Source: Candidatus Heimdallarchaeota archaeon
Lineage (GTDB): Archaea > Asgardarchaeota > Heimdallarchaeia > Hodarchaeales > Hodarchaeaceae
DNA: 64,000 bases
Reading direction: 5' to 3'
Assembly (NCBI GenBank): GCA_011364965.1
Contig: RDOB01000004.1
Coordinates: 116,360-180,359, forward strand
The notes under the pieces were generated by a model, which had not been told where the DNA came from, did not search any database, and was given only the letters and a program-made list of their open reading frames with translations. Within the stretch, counting starts at the first letter, position 1, and each line of letters starts with the position of its first letter. A program made the translations under genes and the position numbers. Below, piece by piece: positions 49,866 to 59,425 of the stretch.

Positions 49866-50666
49866 ATGAGTAAAAACCTTGTATTAAATTTGATCTGGAG
49901 AAACGATGAATTTGTGATAACTGATTCGAAAGCAGATACTTTAGGTGACGAGGCTGTTCTCACAATCGATGAGAACAAAGAATCAATTTCACTTAGAATT
50001 CCCAGCCATTTTTCATTAATTTCAAAGAAAATCATTGAACGTAGAGTAGCCTCTATCGCCAAAAGTGGTTTTACAATCCCAAAGTCCCAAATAAGGGTTG
50101 GATTAGGTTTTGAAATTTCTGTTTCCACTGAAGAAGTCATACCTGATGTTCTCCTTCAAGAAGGTCATAAATATTCCTACGATGAAGGATTTACCGCGGT
50201 GAAAAGAGTAACTGATACTTCTAGTGTTCCTGAACCAGAAAAATATATCGTTTCAGATGAGGAATACGTCCCTTCATTTTTAAAATATGAATCTGAAGGT
50301 TCTTCGGAGATTAGAAAAGTTGCTAGTCATGAACCAAAAGTAGAGAGAACACAAGTTCAAATTGAACCAGAGAAGGAACCCGAGACAGTTCCAGAGGCAC
50401 CACCACAACCTGACCAGATTATTGATACAGGAGAAAAGCTGACCGAAAATGGTGAAACCGTTGCTGGAAGATTTATTTTAGCACTCTCTAAAACGGGAGA
50501 TGTTTACCTCTCTAGGAAAGAAAATTATTTCATTGCTGAGTATTCAGTTGGCCGAGTAGAATTCGAGGTAGTAAATCAGAAAATAAATATTCTTGCAACT
50601 AAACGAATTCCTGAAAATGATCAAACTCTTAATCAAGCGAAGGAATTTGCGGAAGAAAAAATATAA
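49866..50666 (+). CDS. Hypothetical two-domain protein; N-terminal domain possibly a divergent gelsolin-like fold
   Basis: EAVLTIDENKESISLRIP..SLISKKIIERRVASI parallels the gelsolin core of 56327..57292. Confidence 0.6.
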   Translation: MSKNLVLNLIWRNDEFVITDSKADTLGDEAVLTIDENKESISLRIPSHFSLISKKIIERRVASIAKSGFTIPKSQIRVGLGFEISVSTEEVIPDVLLQEGHKYSYDEGFTAVKRVTDTSSVPEPEKYIVSDEEYVPSFLKYESEGSSEIRKVASHEPKVERTQVQIEPEKEPETVPEAPPQPDQIIDTGEKLTENGETVAGRFILALSKTGDVYLSRKENYFIAEYSVGRVEFEVVNQKINILATKRIPENDQTLNQAKEFAEEKI

Positions 50667-50682
50667 AATTCCGCTAGCCGTG

Positions 50683-52962
50683 CTATATAATAATTTCTCT
50701 ACTTCTTGTGGTATATGTCATTAGCTCTTGTGAAAAAAGATCTACTAAATTCTGATTTGTAGTTATTACTCCCAAGAGCGCTTCTTTTAAGGGATCTTTT
50801 GGTTCAGGGCAAACTAAGAGTTCCTCTGCATCCCTTATACACCCCCAGAAATCAATACCATCCAATTGTTTTAGTCTTAGATTTCCAGCTTGAAGAATTC
50901 TTTTCAGAGTTGTTTCTGGTACCTTTCCAAAATCACCAATTATTGTTACACGGGTCCGCATTGGTAATTTGGATGCAGCGTTGAGAGTTTGGAGCTCGGG
51001 TCTTGGCATCAAAATCGTAAGAGAAGACTTTGACCTAAGTGTTAGATCCCTTAACATCATTATAATTGAGGGTTCTCCAACAACCAAATCACTACTAAAA
51101 AGCGTACCCTCAGTTTCAGGAATATCAAGATCTCGAGAAATAGTAAATATTTTTTCTAATTTCTGTCTCATTTGCTTTACTGAAAAGGTCAATGCGGAAA
51201 CTTCTTGATCAATTTGAGTTTCAATTGCATCAATTTGCTGATTCAATTCTTCATTAACTTCCTTTAAAGCTAAAATAAAGGTATTGAGCTGAGATTCGCG
51301 AAAACTATCAGAAAAAGCATTTAGACCTTCGAAGTAGCTATTTGCTGAATTTTCTAATTCTTGTACTTTGTTAAATAACTCTTTAATCTCATAGGTTACT
51401 TTTTGGTTAATTTCAGATGTTTTACTAACAAACTCATAAAATCCACTCGATTCAAAAGATTTTTCTTTTTCTTTTTCGAAAAATGACTTCAAAGAACCTT
51501 CAAAAATGGTTACAGCATCTTTTGTAAATGTAGAAACGGAATTATGATAATTATGATTTGTCTCCTCGATCTTTTGTTGGAATTGTTTTACTAAACTTGA
51601 AAAATTGCCATTCAATTCTTCAAGCAGCATTATTGCTTCCCGTTTGTACATATCGTGCTTCTTATGAATTAAAGCTCTAAACTCAGAACTAACATTAAAA
51701 TTTATCTCTCTTAAATCATTTTTAAGAGAAGGAAGCTGTTCGGTGAGTAAAGAAGCAATATTTTTAGCCTCAGTTTCAGCTGTATTGATAATTTCTTCTT
51801 CTGATAATTTAAATGCCGCATTTGAATCTTCTATTTTTTCCATAACGACATTTTTTCGAGTTATTAGACTAAATATTTCCTCATTGTTCTTTAGGATTCT
51901 CTGAAGATTTTCTAGAAAGATATCTTTTCCTTTGAATAACTTTCTACCTTGAATATCTTCAATTATTTCTTTTAGGATGGGTTCATTGGAATCCAGAAGT
52001 TCCTCTAATTCAGTAAAGATGGAACTCAGAGAGTGATTTATTTCTTCATAATTATTTCTTACCTCTATAAAAGAACCTTTCCTATTCGCAGCATTTTTTT
52101 GCGCATTTTCTAGCTTTAAGCTTATCTCACTAACTTTCTCCTCATACGCTTGTTGATCTTTATTTCGATTGAGCTCGAATTGATCTAGAATCTGATCTAG
52201 TTCTTCTTTTAAGTTTGAGTAGCTCTTCGTAATAGATTCTTTTGAAATATTAAATTCAGTATCATAATGATTTTGAAAATGACTCATAGGTGAAATTATG
52301 TCTTGAAGTAAAGTATCTAAATCCTTTTTCAGATTTGGTAAACTTGATGTATAAATCGTTGGAATTATATTTACATTTTTCAAGTTTAACGCGAGAATTC
52401 TGTTATTTAGCTCAATAACTTGTTGAGATATTTCATCAACACTTGTTTGAAGCAATATAATGTTCTCGTGAACCCCATTCTCAAAAGAATTGATGATTGT
52501 TTTAATTTCATTAGAAAAAGTATTGAATTTATCCTTCATTGGCTTAGTGCTTTGATAAAAATTATGCAGTAAAGCAAGACCGTCTTCTTGAAAATTCTTT
52601 GTTGATTTACTAAATACTTCTGATATTTCTTCTCGTTTATCTTTAATCGTATTTGAAGATTCTTTTCGAATATTTATCAATGTTATCGGATCGTATGCAA
52701 GTGAAAATGATTTAAGGTAGGGTTCTAAAGCAATATACCTACCAACTTTCCCAGGGATACGCAGAGCGAGCTTACTTCCCACCAACATCTGTAATGTTTC
52801 TTGAGTAGTGATATAATCTAATCCTGATAAGATACTTATCTGTCCAAGTGTTGCCATTCCTAAAGAAAGTAGGGCTACATACGTTTTGCTTTGTTCTTCA
52901 GTTAATCCTAATATTTGGCTTATTTCTGCTAAATGTTCTGAAGATGTTTTAAATCCTACCAT
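50683..52962 (-). CDS. TrmB-like wHTH + ~500 aa helical/coiled-coil region + TrmB/PLD-like C-terminal domain
   Basis: LGLTEEQSKTYVALLSLG..TLGQIS (TrmB HTH), GRYIALEP, and a C-terminal RSKSSLTILMP..CIRDAEELLVCP. Confidence 0.8.
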   Translation of the reverse strand: MVGFKTSSEHLAEISQILGLTEEQSKTYVALLSLGMATLGQISILSGLDYITTQETLQMLVGSKLALRIPGKVGRYIALEPYLKSFSLAYDPITLINIRKESSNTIKDKREEISEVFSKSTKNFQEDGLALLHNFYQSTKPMKDKFNTFSNEIKTIINSFENGVHENIILLQTSVDEISQQVIELNNRILALNLKNVNIIPTIYTSSLPNLKKDLDTLLQDIISPMSHFQNHYDTEFNISKESITKSYSNLKEELDQILDQFELNRNKDQQAYEEKVSEISLKLENAQKNAANRKGSFIEVRNNYEEINHSLSSIFTELEELLDSNEPILKEIIEDIQGRKLFKGKDIFLENLQRILKNNEEIFSLITRKNVVMEKIEDSNAAFKLSEEEIINTAETEAKNIASLLTEQLPSLKNDLREINFNVSSEFRALIHKKHDMYKREAIMLLEELNGNFSSLVKQFQQKIEETNHNYHNSVSTFTKDAVTIFEGSLKSFFEKEKEKSFESSGFYEFVSKTSEINQKVTYEIKELFNKVQELENSANSYFEGLNAFSDSFRESQLNTFILALKEVNEELNQQIDAIETQIDQEVSALTFSVKQMRQKLEKIFTISRDLDIPETEGTLFSSDLVVGEPSIIMMLRDLTLRSKSSLTILMPRPELQTLNAASKLPMRTRVTIIGDFGKVPETTLKRILQAGNLRLKQLDGIDFWGCIRDAEELLVCPEPKDPLKEALLGVITTNQNLVDLFSQELMTYTTRSREIII

Positions 52963-53410
52963 AGTAAAAACGTTCCTGCTATAATTGACTTCTAACTCCT
53001 AATTTGGTATTCAAAAATATAGAGGTTTTCAAATCATCCAGATATGTGAAATGCTAGATTCGAGATAAAAGCCTTATTTTTTATTTTTCTGGGACAGTAT
53101 TTTATCATTAAAGACTGTAACCAATTAATTCATGAAATTTAGAGTCGTTTTTTCGATTTAAATAAGAAAATCACGAAAGAAGATCATTGATCTCGAGAGG
53201 TCAGAAAAAATTCTAATTAATATTCAATATTTGAAATGAAATCTTTAGTAGCCAAGGAAACAGTTTGGAAGTGTTTAAAAAAAAACCGGATAGTTAAAAT
53301 ATCAAACCATTTAAGAGCAATTATAAAGTAATTTCTATTATTTAAAGTTTAAAGAGGTCTAGAACTAATATAAATAATTATTTTTGGAGCTGTGAATTCA
53401 TCTGTTACTA

Positions 53411-53965
53411 ATGAAAGTATGTTTGCTTGGTGATGGAGCTGTTGGTAAGACTGCTTTACGAGAGAGATATTTAGGCAAACAATTTTCCAGTGGTTATGTG
53501 ATGACAATTGGAGCGGATTTCGCGGTAAAGAGATCACAAATCATGACCGAAGAAGGAGTAAAAGATGTGAAGTTCCAAATTTGGGACTTAGCGGGACAAC
53601 CCCGTTTTAATAGTGTAAGAGAGTTGTATTATAAGGGAAGTCATGGAGGTCTTCTTGTTTTTGATATAACTAGAAGAGATTCATTTACAAATTTAGGAAA
53701 CTGGATTGATGAATTATATAAAAATTCAGGTAGAGGTCCCATGCCCATAACTGTATTAGGTAACAAAGTAGATCTCCAAGATGAAGTAGAGAACCCAGTT
53801 ACAAGAGAGGAAGCTATAAAGTTTATAGAAGAATTAAAAAAGAAAAAAAGCATCCCTTACGATGTTATCTACTTAGAAACTTCCGCAAAAACTGGTATAA
53901 ACGTTGATGAATCTTTTAATATACTTGCAATGACAATCAAGAAATATCTTACACGAACGAAATAA
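53411..53965 (+). CDS. Rab-like small GTPase
   Basis: GDGAVGKT, TIGADF, WDLAGQ, NKVD, ETSAK. No C-terminal Cys. Confidence 0.95.
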   Translation: MKVCLLGDGAVGKTALRERYLGKQFSSGYVMTIGADFAVKRSQIMTEEGVKDVKFQIWDLAGQPRFNSVRELYYKGSHGGLLVFDITRRDSFTNLGNWIDELYKNSGRGPMPITVLGNKVDLQDEVENPVTREEAIKFIEELKKKKSIPYDVIYLETSAKTGINVDESFNILAMTIKKYLTRTK

Positions 53966-53983
53966 GAACTTGAGACCCCCCGA

Positions 53984-54550
53984 TTGGTAACTATTTTAAG
54001 AATTGGCCACCGTAAAAAACGAGATAAACGTATAACCACCCATTTAGCTTTATCTGCACGCGCTTTTCAAGCAAGTAACATCATAATAGCTGGAGAAGAA
54101 GATCTTCAACTTCAAGAATCAATAAATAAAGTTACCGCAGAATGGGGAGGAGACTTCCAAATTTCAATGATCCCCTATGACGATTGGAAACCATTTGTAA
54201 TCCAATGGAAGTCCGAAAAAGAGGAAATTATTCATTTATCTATGTATGGGGAAACGCTTAGTGTTTTCGAGAATTCAAACGATTTCAAAATGCTAATAAA
54301 TGATAATAATAAACTTAATAACCTACTCATTATTGTTGGGGGAAAGAAAGTTCCTAGAAAAGTATTTGAATTAGCAAAGTGGAACATTGCGATAGGAAAC
54401 CAGCCTCATTCAGAAGTAAGTGCACTAGCTGTATTTTTAGATCATTTGAATCCAAAAGCATTGGATACCTGTTTCATGGGAGCAAAGCGTGAAGTAAAAC
54501 CTTCAATATTTGGGAAAAAAGAGTATAAAGATGAAAATTATGAGGAATAG
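53984..54550 (+). CDS. trm56: tRNA (cytidine(56)-2'-O)-methyltransferase (aTrm56)
   Basis: LRIGHR..RDKRITTH..L.ARAF, HLSMYG and NQPHSEVSALAVFLD. Confidence 0.93.
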   Translation: MVTILRIGHRKKRDKRITTHLALSARAFQASNIIIAGEEDLQLQESINKVTAEWGGDFQISMIPYDDWKPFVIQWKSEKEEIIHLSMYGETLSVFENSNDFKMLINDNNKLNNLLIIVGGKKVPRKVFELAKWNIAIGNQPHSEVSALAVFLDHLNPKALDTCFMGAKREVKPSIFGKKEYKDENYEE

Positions 54551-55064
54551 GAAAATACAGATTGGAGTAATCGGAGATTCGCAGATTCAATCTCAAAAAC
54601 AATATGATATTGCTTACAATATTGGAGTAGAAATATCAAGAGTAGGTGCTATTCTAATATGTGGAGGACGAGGGGGGGTTATGGAGGCTGCGTGTAAGGG
54701 AGTCTTTGATGAGGGTGGAATTTCAGTAGGAATTTTACCATTTGATAATCTTGATCCAGAGATAAACAAGTACTTAACTATTCGAATTCCCACAAACTTG
54801 GGATGGACAAGGAACTCTCTTGTTCCACTCGCTTCTGATGGTGTTATTGCTTGTGGAGGAGGAGTTGGAACCCTATCAGAACTTGCATTCACAGCTTTAA
54901 CTCATAAACCGCTCATATGTATAGTTGAAATCCCTGGATGGAGTGATAAAATAGGCCAAGCTGGCTATATAGATTTAAAAGAAAAATATGAAAAACTCTT
55001 CGCCACTACCTCAGGGAAAGAAGCAGTAACCTACTTGGTAGAACAAATACTAGCCACCCAATAA
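54531..55064 (+). CDS. TIGR00725 / LOG-like Rossmann-fold nucleotide-binding protein
   Basis: CGGRGGVMEAACKG, VGILP, RN and GGGVGTLSE. Confidence 0.9.
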   Translation: MKIMRNRKIQIGVIGDSQIQSQKQYDIAYNIGVEISRVGAILICGGRGGVMEAACKGVFDEGGISVGILPFDNLDPEINKYLTIRIPTNLGWTRNSLVPLASDGVIACGGGVGTLSELAFTALTHKPLICIVEIPGWSDKIGQAGYIDLKEKYEKLFATTSGKEAVTYLVEQILATQ

Positions 55065-55886
55065 TGAGAATAATCCTCCTGCTCCTGATTGGCTTGAAAA
55101 TATGTCTTTTATTCCATCACATAGAACTTTCAATAAAATATCCTCGTGCACATTGATTAAATCTGAATAAAGATCAAGAATCTCAAGGAATGCTTCCTCA
55201 TCTTCATTTTCGACTGCTCTGAAAATAGAGTTTGTGATTTCTAGGTATCTTGCCTCTATTGGGTTTTCTTCTTGAACGTTTTTACCATTTGACATTAATA
55301 AGTATTTGCCACAGCTTCCAATTTCATAAGCGTTTATTTCTGCTAAAGTGAGATAAGTCCGTATTCTTGCAGATAAATTTGTTGTTTCCTCACTATATGT
55401 TGAAAGGGCCTCAAAACACTCTACGTATTTCTTTTTTTGACATAAAATGCCAGCATAAGTATAATAAAGGTCAAATATTACATCATCGACAACTTCAGCT
55501 TCCAAAATAATATTATAATAGTGAAGGAGGAACTGATCATCTTGAAACGCACGTTCAGTAATAATTTGGGAATAAATATTTTGTAACCGAGAAAATTGAG
55601 ATTCTTCTCTCACTAGTTTGAATATCGCTTTAATCACCTCTACCCATTCTCTCTTATTTCTTACGGACCTAATCCCCAAAATGTAATTACTTATTAAATT
55701 AAAGGCTAATTTATCATGGTTAGCTTCTAAGAAAAGGGGGATAGCATCATTTAATATATTACTAACTATTTCAGGATCATTGGATTTCAAAGCTCGTTGG
55801 TAAGCTCCGAGGAGCATTTGATATCCGTCAAACCAGTGGCCAGAGGAAAGTTCCTGTAAACCTCTATCTACCCATGGATTTTTCAC
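55050..55886 (-). CDS. Alpha-solenoid protein, Get4/TRC35-like candidate
   Basis: N-terminal GHWFDGYQML....R and C-terminal AV......F......Y...DGIKDIF..GGLFSLLGG resemble Get4. Start placed at GTG 55886 after GTAGTGAT. Confidence 0.55.
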   Translation of the reverse strand: MKNPWVDRGLQELSSGHWFDGYQMLLGAYQRALKSNDPEIVSNILNDAIPLFLEANHDKLAFNLISNYILGIRSVRNKREWVEVIKAIFKLVREESQFSRLQNIYSQIITERAFQDDQFLLHYYNIILEAEVVDDVIFDLYYTYAGILCQKKKYVECFEALSTYSEETTNLSARIRTYLTLAEINAYEIGSCGKYLLMSNGKNVQEENPIEARYLEITNSIFRAVENEDEEAFLEILDLYSDLINVHEDILLKVLCDGIKDIFSSQSGAGGLFSLLGG

Positions 55887-56326
55887 AATAATCACTACGA
55901 TTTCATATTTTTGGACTAAAAGAGATACATTAAGGACAAGAGTCTTAATTTTGAGATCTAAGTACAAATGAAAAATTAAAACGCTTATAAAGTTATAGTG
56001 ATGGAGAGGTTTAGATCAACCATTTCATTTGAAATAAGATTATACTAATCTTTTCCATGCTAATTATCATTTACTATTGGGATAATTTGTTATAAATATG
56101 ACAAGAGCCCTTAGACAGACTAAATCTTAAATATGGGTTCAAAAAACAATTTTATTAATGATGATAGATATTATTTTTAAAGGAAAAACTCAAGAAACGG
56201 GTGTTTGAATAGCGAATAACGCGCGGATTTAAATTCGTGTATTTAATATTCTTCCTAACCAGATAGATTGATATTACTATCTGTCAAGCTTTATAAATTT
56301 TCGTTGTTTACAGAAGTTGATAAAAA

Positions 56327-57292
56327 TTGAGCAATTCTGAATTTATAAAACAATATACTGTTAATGATGACGGCACTCTTAATCCCATCTCTATTTCTTC
56401 CTTCTCTGAACTGACTCAGGATAATGTTTTCATAATTGTTGAAGAAAACGCAAGAAAAATTTTCATATGGAAGGGAGAAAAGGCTCCTGTACGAAGAAAA
56501 TTTATATCTGCAAAAGCAGCTCAACAAATGAGAGCTGAAGAGTATGGGATGGTTTATCGGATTGAAAGCCTTGATCCTGGCCTGGAGGGGTCAGACTTTC
56601 TCTCAATCTTTGGTATTACTGCAACAGAAGCCCCAGAAATCGATTATGAATCTGATTTGGCGACAGTTATGGATTCAGTGCCCGCACCAGCTCCAACAAT
56701 GAGACCTACTCCAGCACCGGCTGTAACACCTCAACCAGCACCAAAAATAGAGACAGTTCCAAAAAGCGTGCCAATATCAGCCGAAACAATGCAATCAGCT
56801 GTAAAATCTACTCCAAAACCAGTTCCTGCGACAATAACTCCGACTGAAAGTAGACCAGCTCCTGCAGCAAGAGTTAGTGCTCCAGTAACACCAAGCCCAA
56901 AACCCACTAGAGTTGTTAAAGAAACAGAAGTGGTTGTAACCGAACCAGTTAGGACTAGTGCAATTGCATCATTAGATGAAATTAAAGTCAAATTGAAGGA
57001 GTTAGAAATTCCTCAGAATATGGAACGTGAGATTATTATAGTTGGAAATGTAGTATTTTCAGTAATAAAAGAACATCTTGCCTTATTCTCGAAGGATGTC
57101 GTAAAGTTAGAACCTATGAATGACTTACCAGCTGGAATTTTCCCTGCTTCCGATTATCAAGTAAGATTATTTATAGAAAAAGAGAAAGTAATGTTTGTTG
57201 AGCTATTAAGAAGAAAAACCAGATCAGAAAGAGAAGAATTTGTTGATGATATGAGAAAATCGCTCCAAGATTTGTCAAAGTTAGGATTATAA
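56327..57292 (+). CDS. Single-domain gelsolin/villin-like protein with Pro/Thr/Ala-rich linker and C-terminal domain
   Basis: LTQDNVFIIV..KIFIWKGEKAPVRRKFISAKAAQQM..PGLEGSDFLSIF is a gelsolin repeat signature. Confidence 0.85.
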   Translation: MSNSEFIKQYTVNDDGTLNPISISSFSELTQDNVFIIVEENARKIFIWKGEKAPVRRKFISAKAAQQMRAEEYGMVYRIESLDPGLEGSDFLSIFGITATEAPEIDYESDLATVMDSVPAPAPTMRPTPAPAVTPQPAPKIETVPKSVPISAETMQSAVKSTPKPVPATITPTESRPAPAARVSAPVTPSPKPTRVVKETEVVVTEPVRTSAIASLDEIKVKLKELEIPQNMEREIIIVGNVVFSVIKEHLALFSKDVVKLEPMNDLPAGIFPASDYQVRLFIEKEKVMFVELLRRKTRSEREEFVDDMRKSLQDLSKLGL

Positions 57293-57308
57293 TTGCAGGA
57301 GATTCAAA

Positions 57309-57845
57309 ATGAGTGAAAACGAGTATTTGCTAAAGATTTGTGCTATTGGCTCTGGGAGTGTCGGAAAGACTTCACTAATTCGTCGTTATGCTGAAGGTAA
57401 ATTTACAACCAATTACTTACCCACGTTAGGGGTGGATATCACAACTAAGAAAATTCAAATTGCTAATAATCAGGTGAAACTCATCCTTGTGGACACAGCG
57501 GGACAAGAATTCTTTGGAAAACTTAGACCCAGTTATTATAGAGGAGCATCTGCCTGTCTAATCATGTTTGCTTTGAATGAAAAGAAAACGTTTGATGCTG
57601 TTCCAAATTGGTTAGCTGAATTCAGAAAGCATATTCCTGAATCTACCATTCCTATTGCTTTAGCTGGAAATAAAAAAGATCTAGAAAAAGACAGACAAGT
57701 ATCCACCGAAGAAGCTAAAAAATTTGCCACAGAGAGAAATATGTCGTATTTTGAGACTTCAGCTAAATTAGGTGGGGATGAAATTGAACAAATTTTTCAT
57801 AATTTAGCTCAGGACGCCTTAAACACACGAAATAGCTATAAATAA
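57309..57845 (+). CDS. Rab-like small GTPase
   Basis: GSGSVGKT, YLPTLGVD, DTAGQE, YYRGA, NKKD, ETSAK. No C-terminal Cys. Confidence 0.95.
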   Translation: MSENEYLLKICAIGSGSVGKTSLIRRYAEGKFTTNYLPTLGVDITTKKIQIANNQVKLILVDTAGQEFFGKLRPSYYRGASACLIMFALNEKKTFDAVPNWLAEFRKHIPESTIPIALAGNKKDLEKDRQVSTEEAKKFATERNMSYFETSAKLGGDEIEQIFHNLAQDALNTRNSYK

Positions 57846-57869
57846 TCATAAATTCAATGGGATGTACAA

Positions 57870-58622
57870 ATGACAGCAAACGCGGATTTTGAAGTTATAA
57901 AAAGAGACCATCAAGGAGTTCCTGTTGTCAAAATTGTCTTCTGGGGGCCAACTCTTGCTGGGAAAACTACTGCTCTTACTATTACAAAGGTTCTAAAGAG
58001 CCTAGAAGACCCAGAAAATGTCTATAAATTCCTCAAACTTGAAGATCCAACCGGGCGAACATTATTTTTCGACCAAGCGATTTTTGGGATTGGAAAGACA
58101 ACTGCAGGCTTACCAATATTAAAATATCACTTATTCACAGTTCCTGGTCAAGAACGTCATTCTGGGCAGCGCAAGGTAGTGCTTAGAGGAGCTCACGGTC
58201 TGATAATCGTTATTGACTCTGAAAAATCTCGCTGGGAAGAGAATAAGTTTGCATTAGAAGAAATAAATCAATTAGCTGGAGACAAATTAGCTAATGGTAC
58301 ATTACCATATCATATTATGTTAAATAAGATGGATCTTCCCAAAGAACAGCGAATATCGGCATTAGAGGTAGGAAAATTATTAAGTGAATCAAGGGTAGTG
58401 GCAAGTCTTCGAGATGCTGCGGTTAGAATTGTAGAAGTATCCTGTTTGGAAGCACGTGACGATTTAAAGGCCTTACTTTCATCAGGGGATCGAAGTAAAA
58501 TTGTCGACCAAACTGGAAAATTAAAAAAGGAATATCGCCCCCCAAGTGTAACACGTGTTATTAAATCTGTGGAAACTCTTATACGAGAAATAATAATTCA
58601 AATGATGAAACAACAGCAATAG
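57870..58622 (+). CDS. MglA-type small GTPase
   Basis: KIVFWGPTLAGKTT, RTLFFD (intrinsic Arg), FTVPGQ, RKVVLRGAHG, NKMDLP. Confidence 0.9.
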   Translation: MTANADFEVIKRDHQGVPVVKIVFWGPTLAGKTTALTITKVLKSLEDPENVYKFLKLEDPTGRTLFFDQAIFGIGKTTAGLPILKYHLFTVPGQERHSGQRKVVLRGAHGLIIVIDSEKSRWEENKFALEEINQLAGDKLANGTLPYHIMLNKMDLPKEQRISALEVGKLLSESRVVASLRDAAVRIVEVSCLEARDDLKALLSSGDRSKIVDQTGKLKKEYRPPSVTRVIKSVETLIREIIIQMMKQQQ

Positions 58623-58662
58623 TGAATTTTTCAAATTTCCCTAATAGCAAAGGAGATTTTAA

Positions 58663-59301
58663 GTGAGAATCTCGATACTAGATGAAAATTCGCTTGAAAA
58701 TATTGCGTCACATCTCAGAAAAGGGGGAATAGGTGTATACCCAACGGATACTGTTTATGGGCTAGGTACTCTTGCCTTGAAATCAAATGACCTGCAAATA
58801 ATGAAAATTTATCAAATTAAAAGAAGGTCATTTGAGAAACCACTGAGTCTACTAATCACAAATGAAATGATAAATAAATATATTGAAGCAAGATCGGATA
58901 TTCTGGCATTTCTTAATAAGAATTGGCCAGGAAAGTTAACAGTAATTTTAAGACGCAAAAAAAATGAAATATATCCCCTTTCTGATTTATTAAACTATAA
59001 AAATCCAGATAAAATTGCTTTTCGTGTGCCTGATAATGAGAATCTATTAAAAATCATTGATTTGATTGGATATCCCATCATTGGTACGTCTGCTAACCTA
59101 TCTGGAACAAAATCGAAATTAGATCTGGATTCTGTATTAAAAGAGCTTGATTCAAAGGATATTACTCTTTGGGTAGATGGTGGAAGATTGCCACCAACTC
59201 CTCCGTCCACTATTTTAGATTTTACGAATCCAAACGAACCAAGAGTGGTAAGAACTGGTAGTGGTAATATTAAGGGTTTTAAAAATCATTTTACTCCATA
59301 A
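58663..59301 (+). CDS. tsaC: L-threonylcarbamoyladenylate synthase (YrdC/TsaC domain only)
   Basis: YPTDTVYGL, KRR..KPL, WPGKLT, RVPD, TSANLSG, PSTI. Confidence 0.93.
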   Translation: MRISILDENSLENIASHLRKGGIGVYPTDTVYGLGTLALKSNDLQIMKIYQIKRRSFEKPLSLLITNEMINKYIEARSDILAFLNKNWPGKLTVILRRKKNEIYPLSDLLNYKNPDKIAFRVPDNENLLKIIDLIGYPIIGTSANLSGTKSKLDLDSVLKELDSKDITLWVDGGRLPPTPPSTILDFTNPNEPRVVRTGSGNIKGFKNHFTP

Positions 59302-59425
59302 ATTTTAAATCAATTCGAATTAGTGCCTAGATAATACTTAATTCTTAATACTTTGATTATTTTGATACAACTTTCAATATAAGAATATAAATAAGGAACT
59401 CTCATAGAAGAAAGAATGAACAAAC

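Noticed and set aside
53411-57845. Prenylation signals on the two Rab-like GTPases
   Set aside because: The C-termini (..KYLTRTK, ..TRNSYK) have no cysteine and no hypervariable tail.
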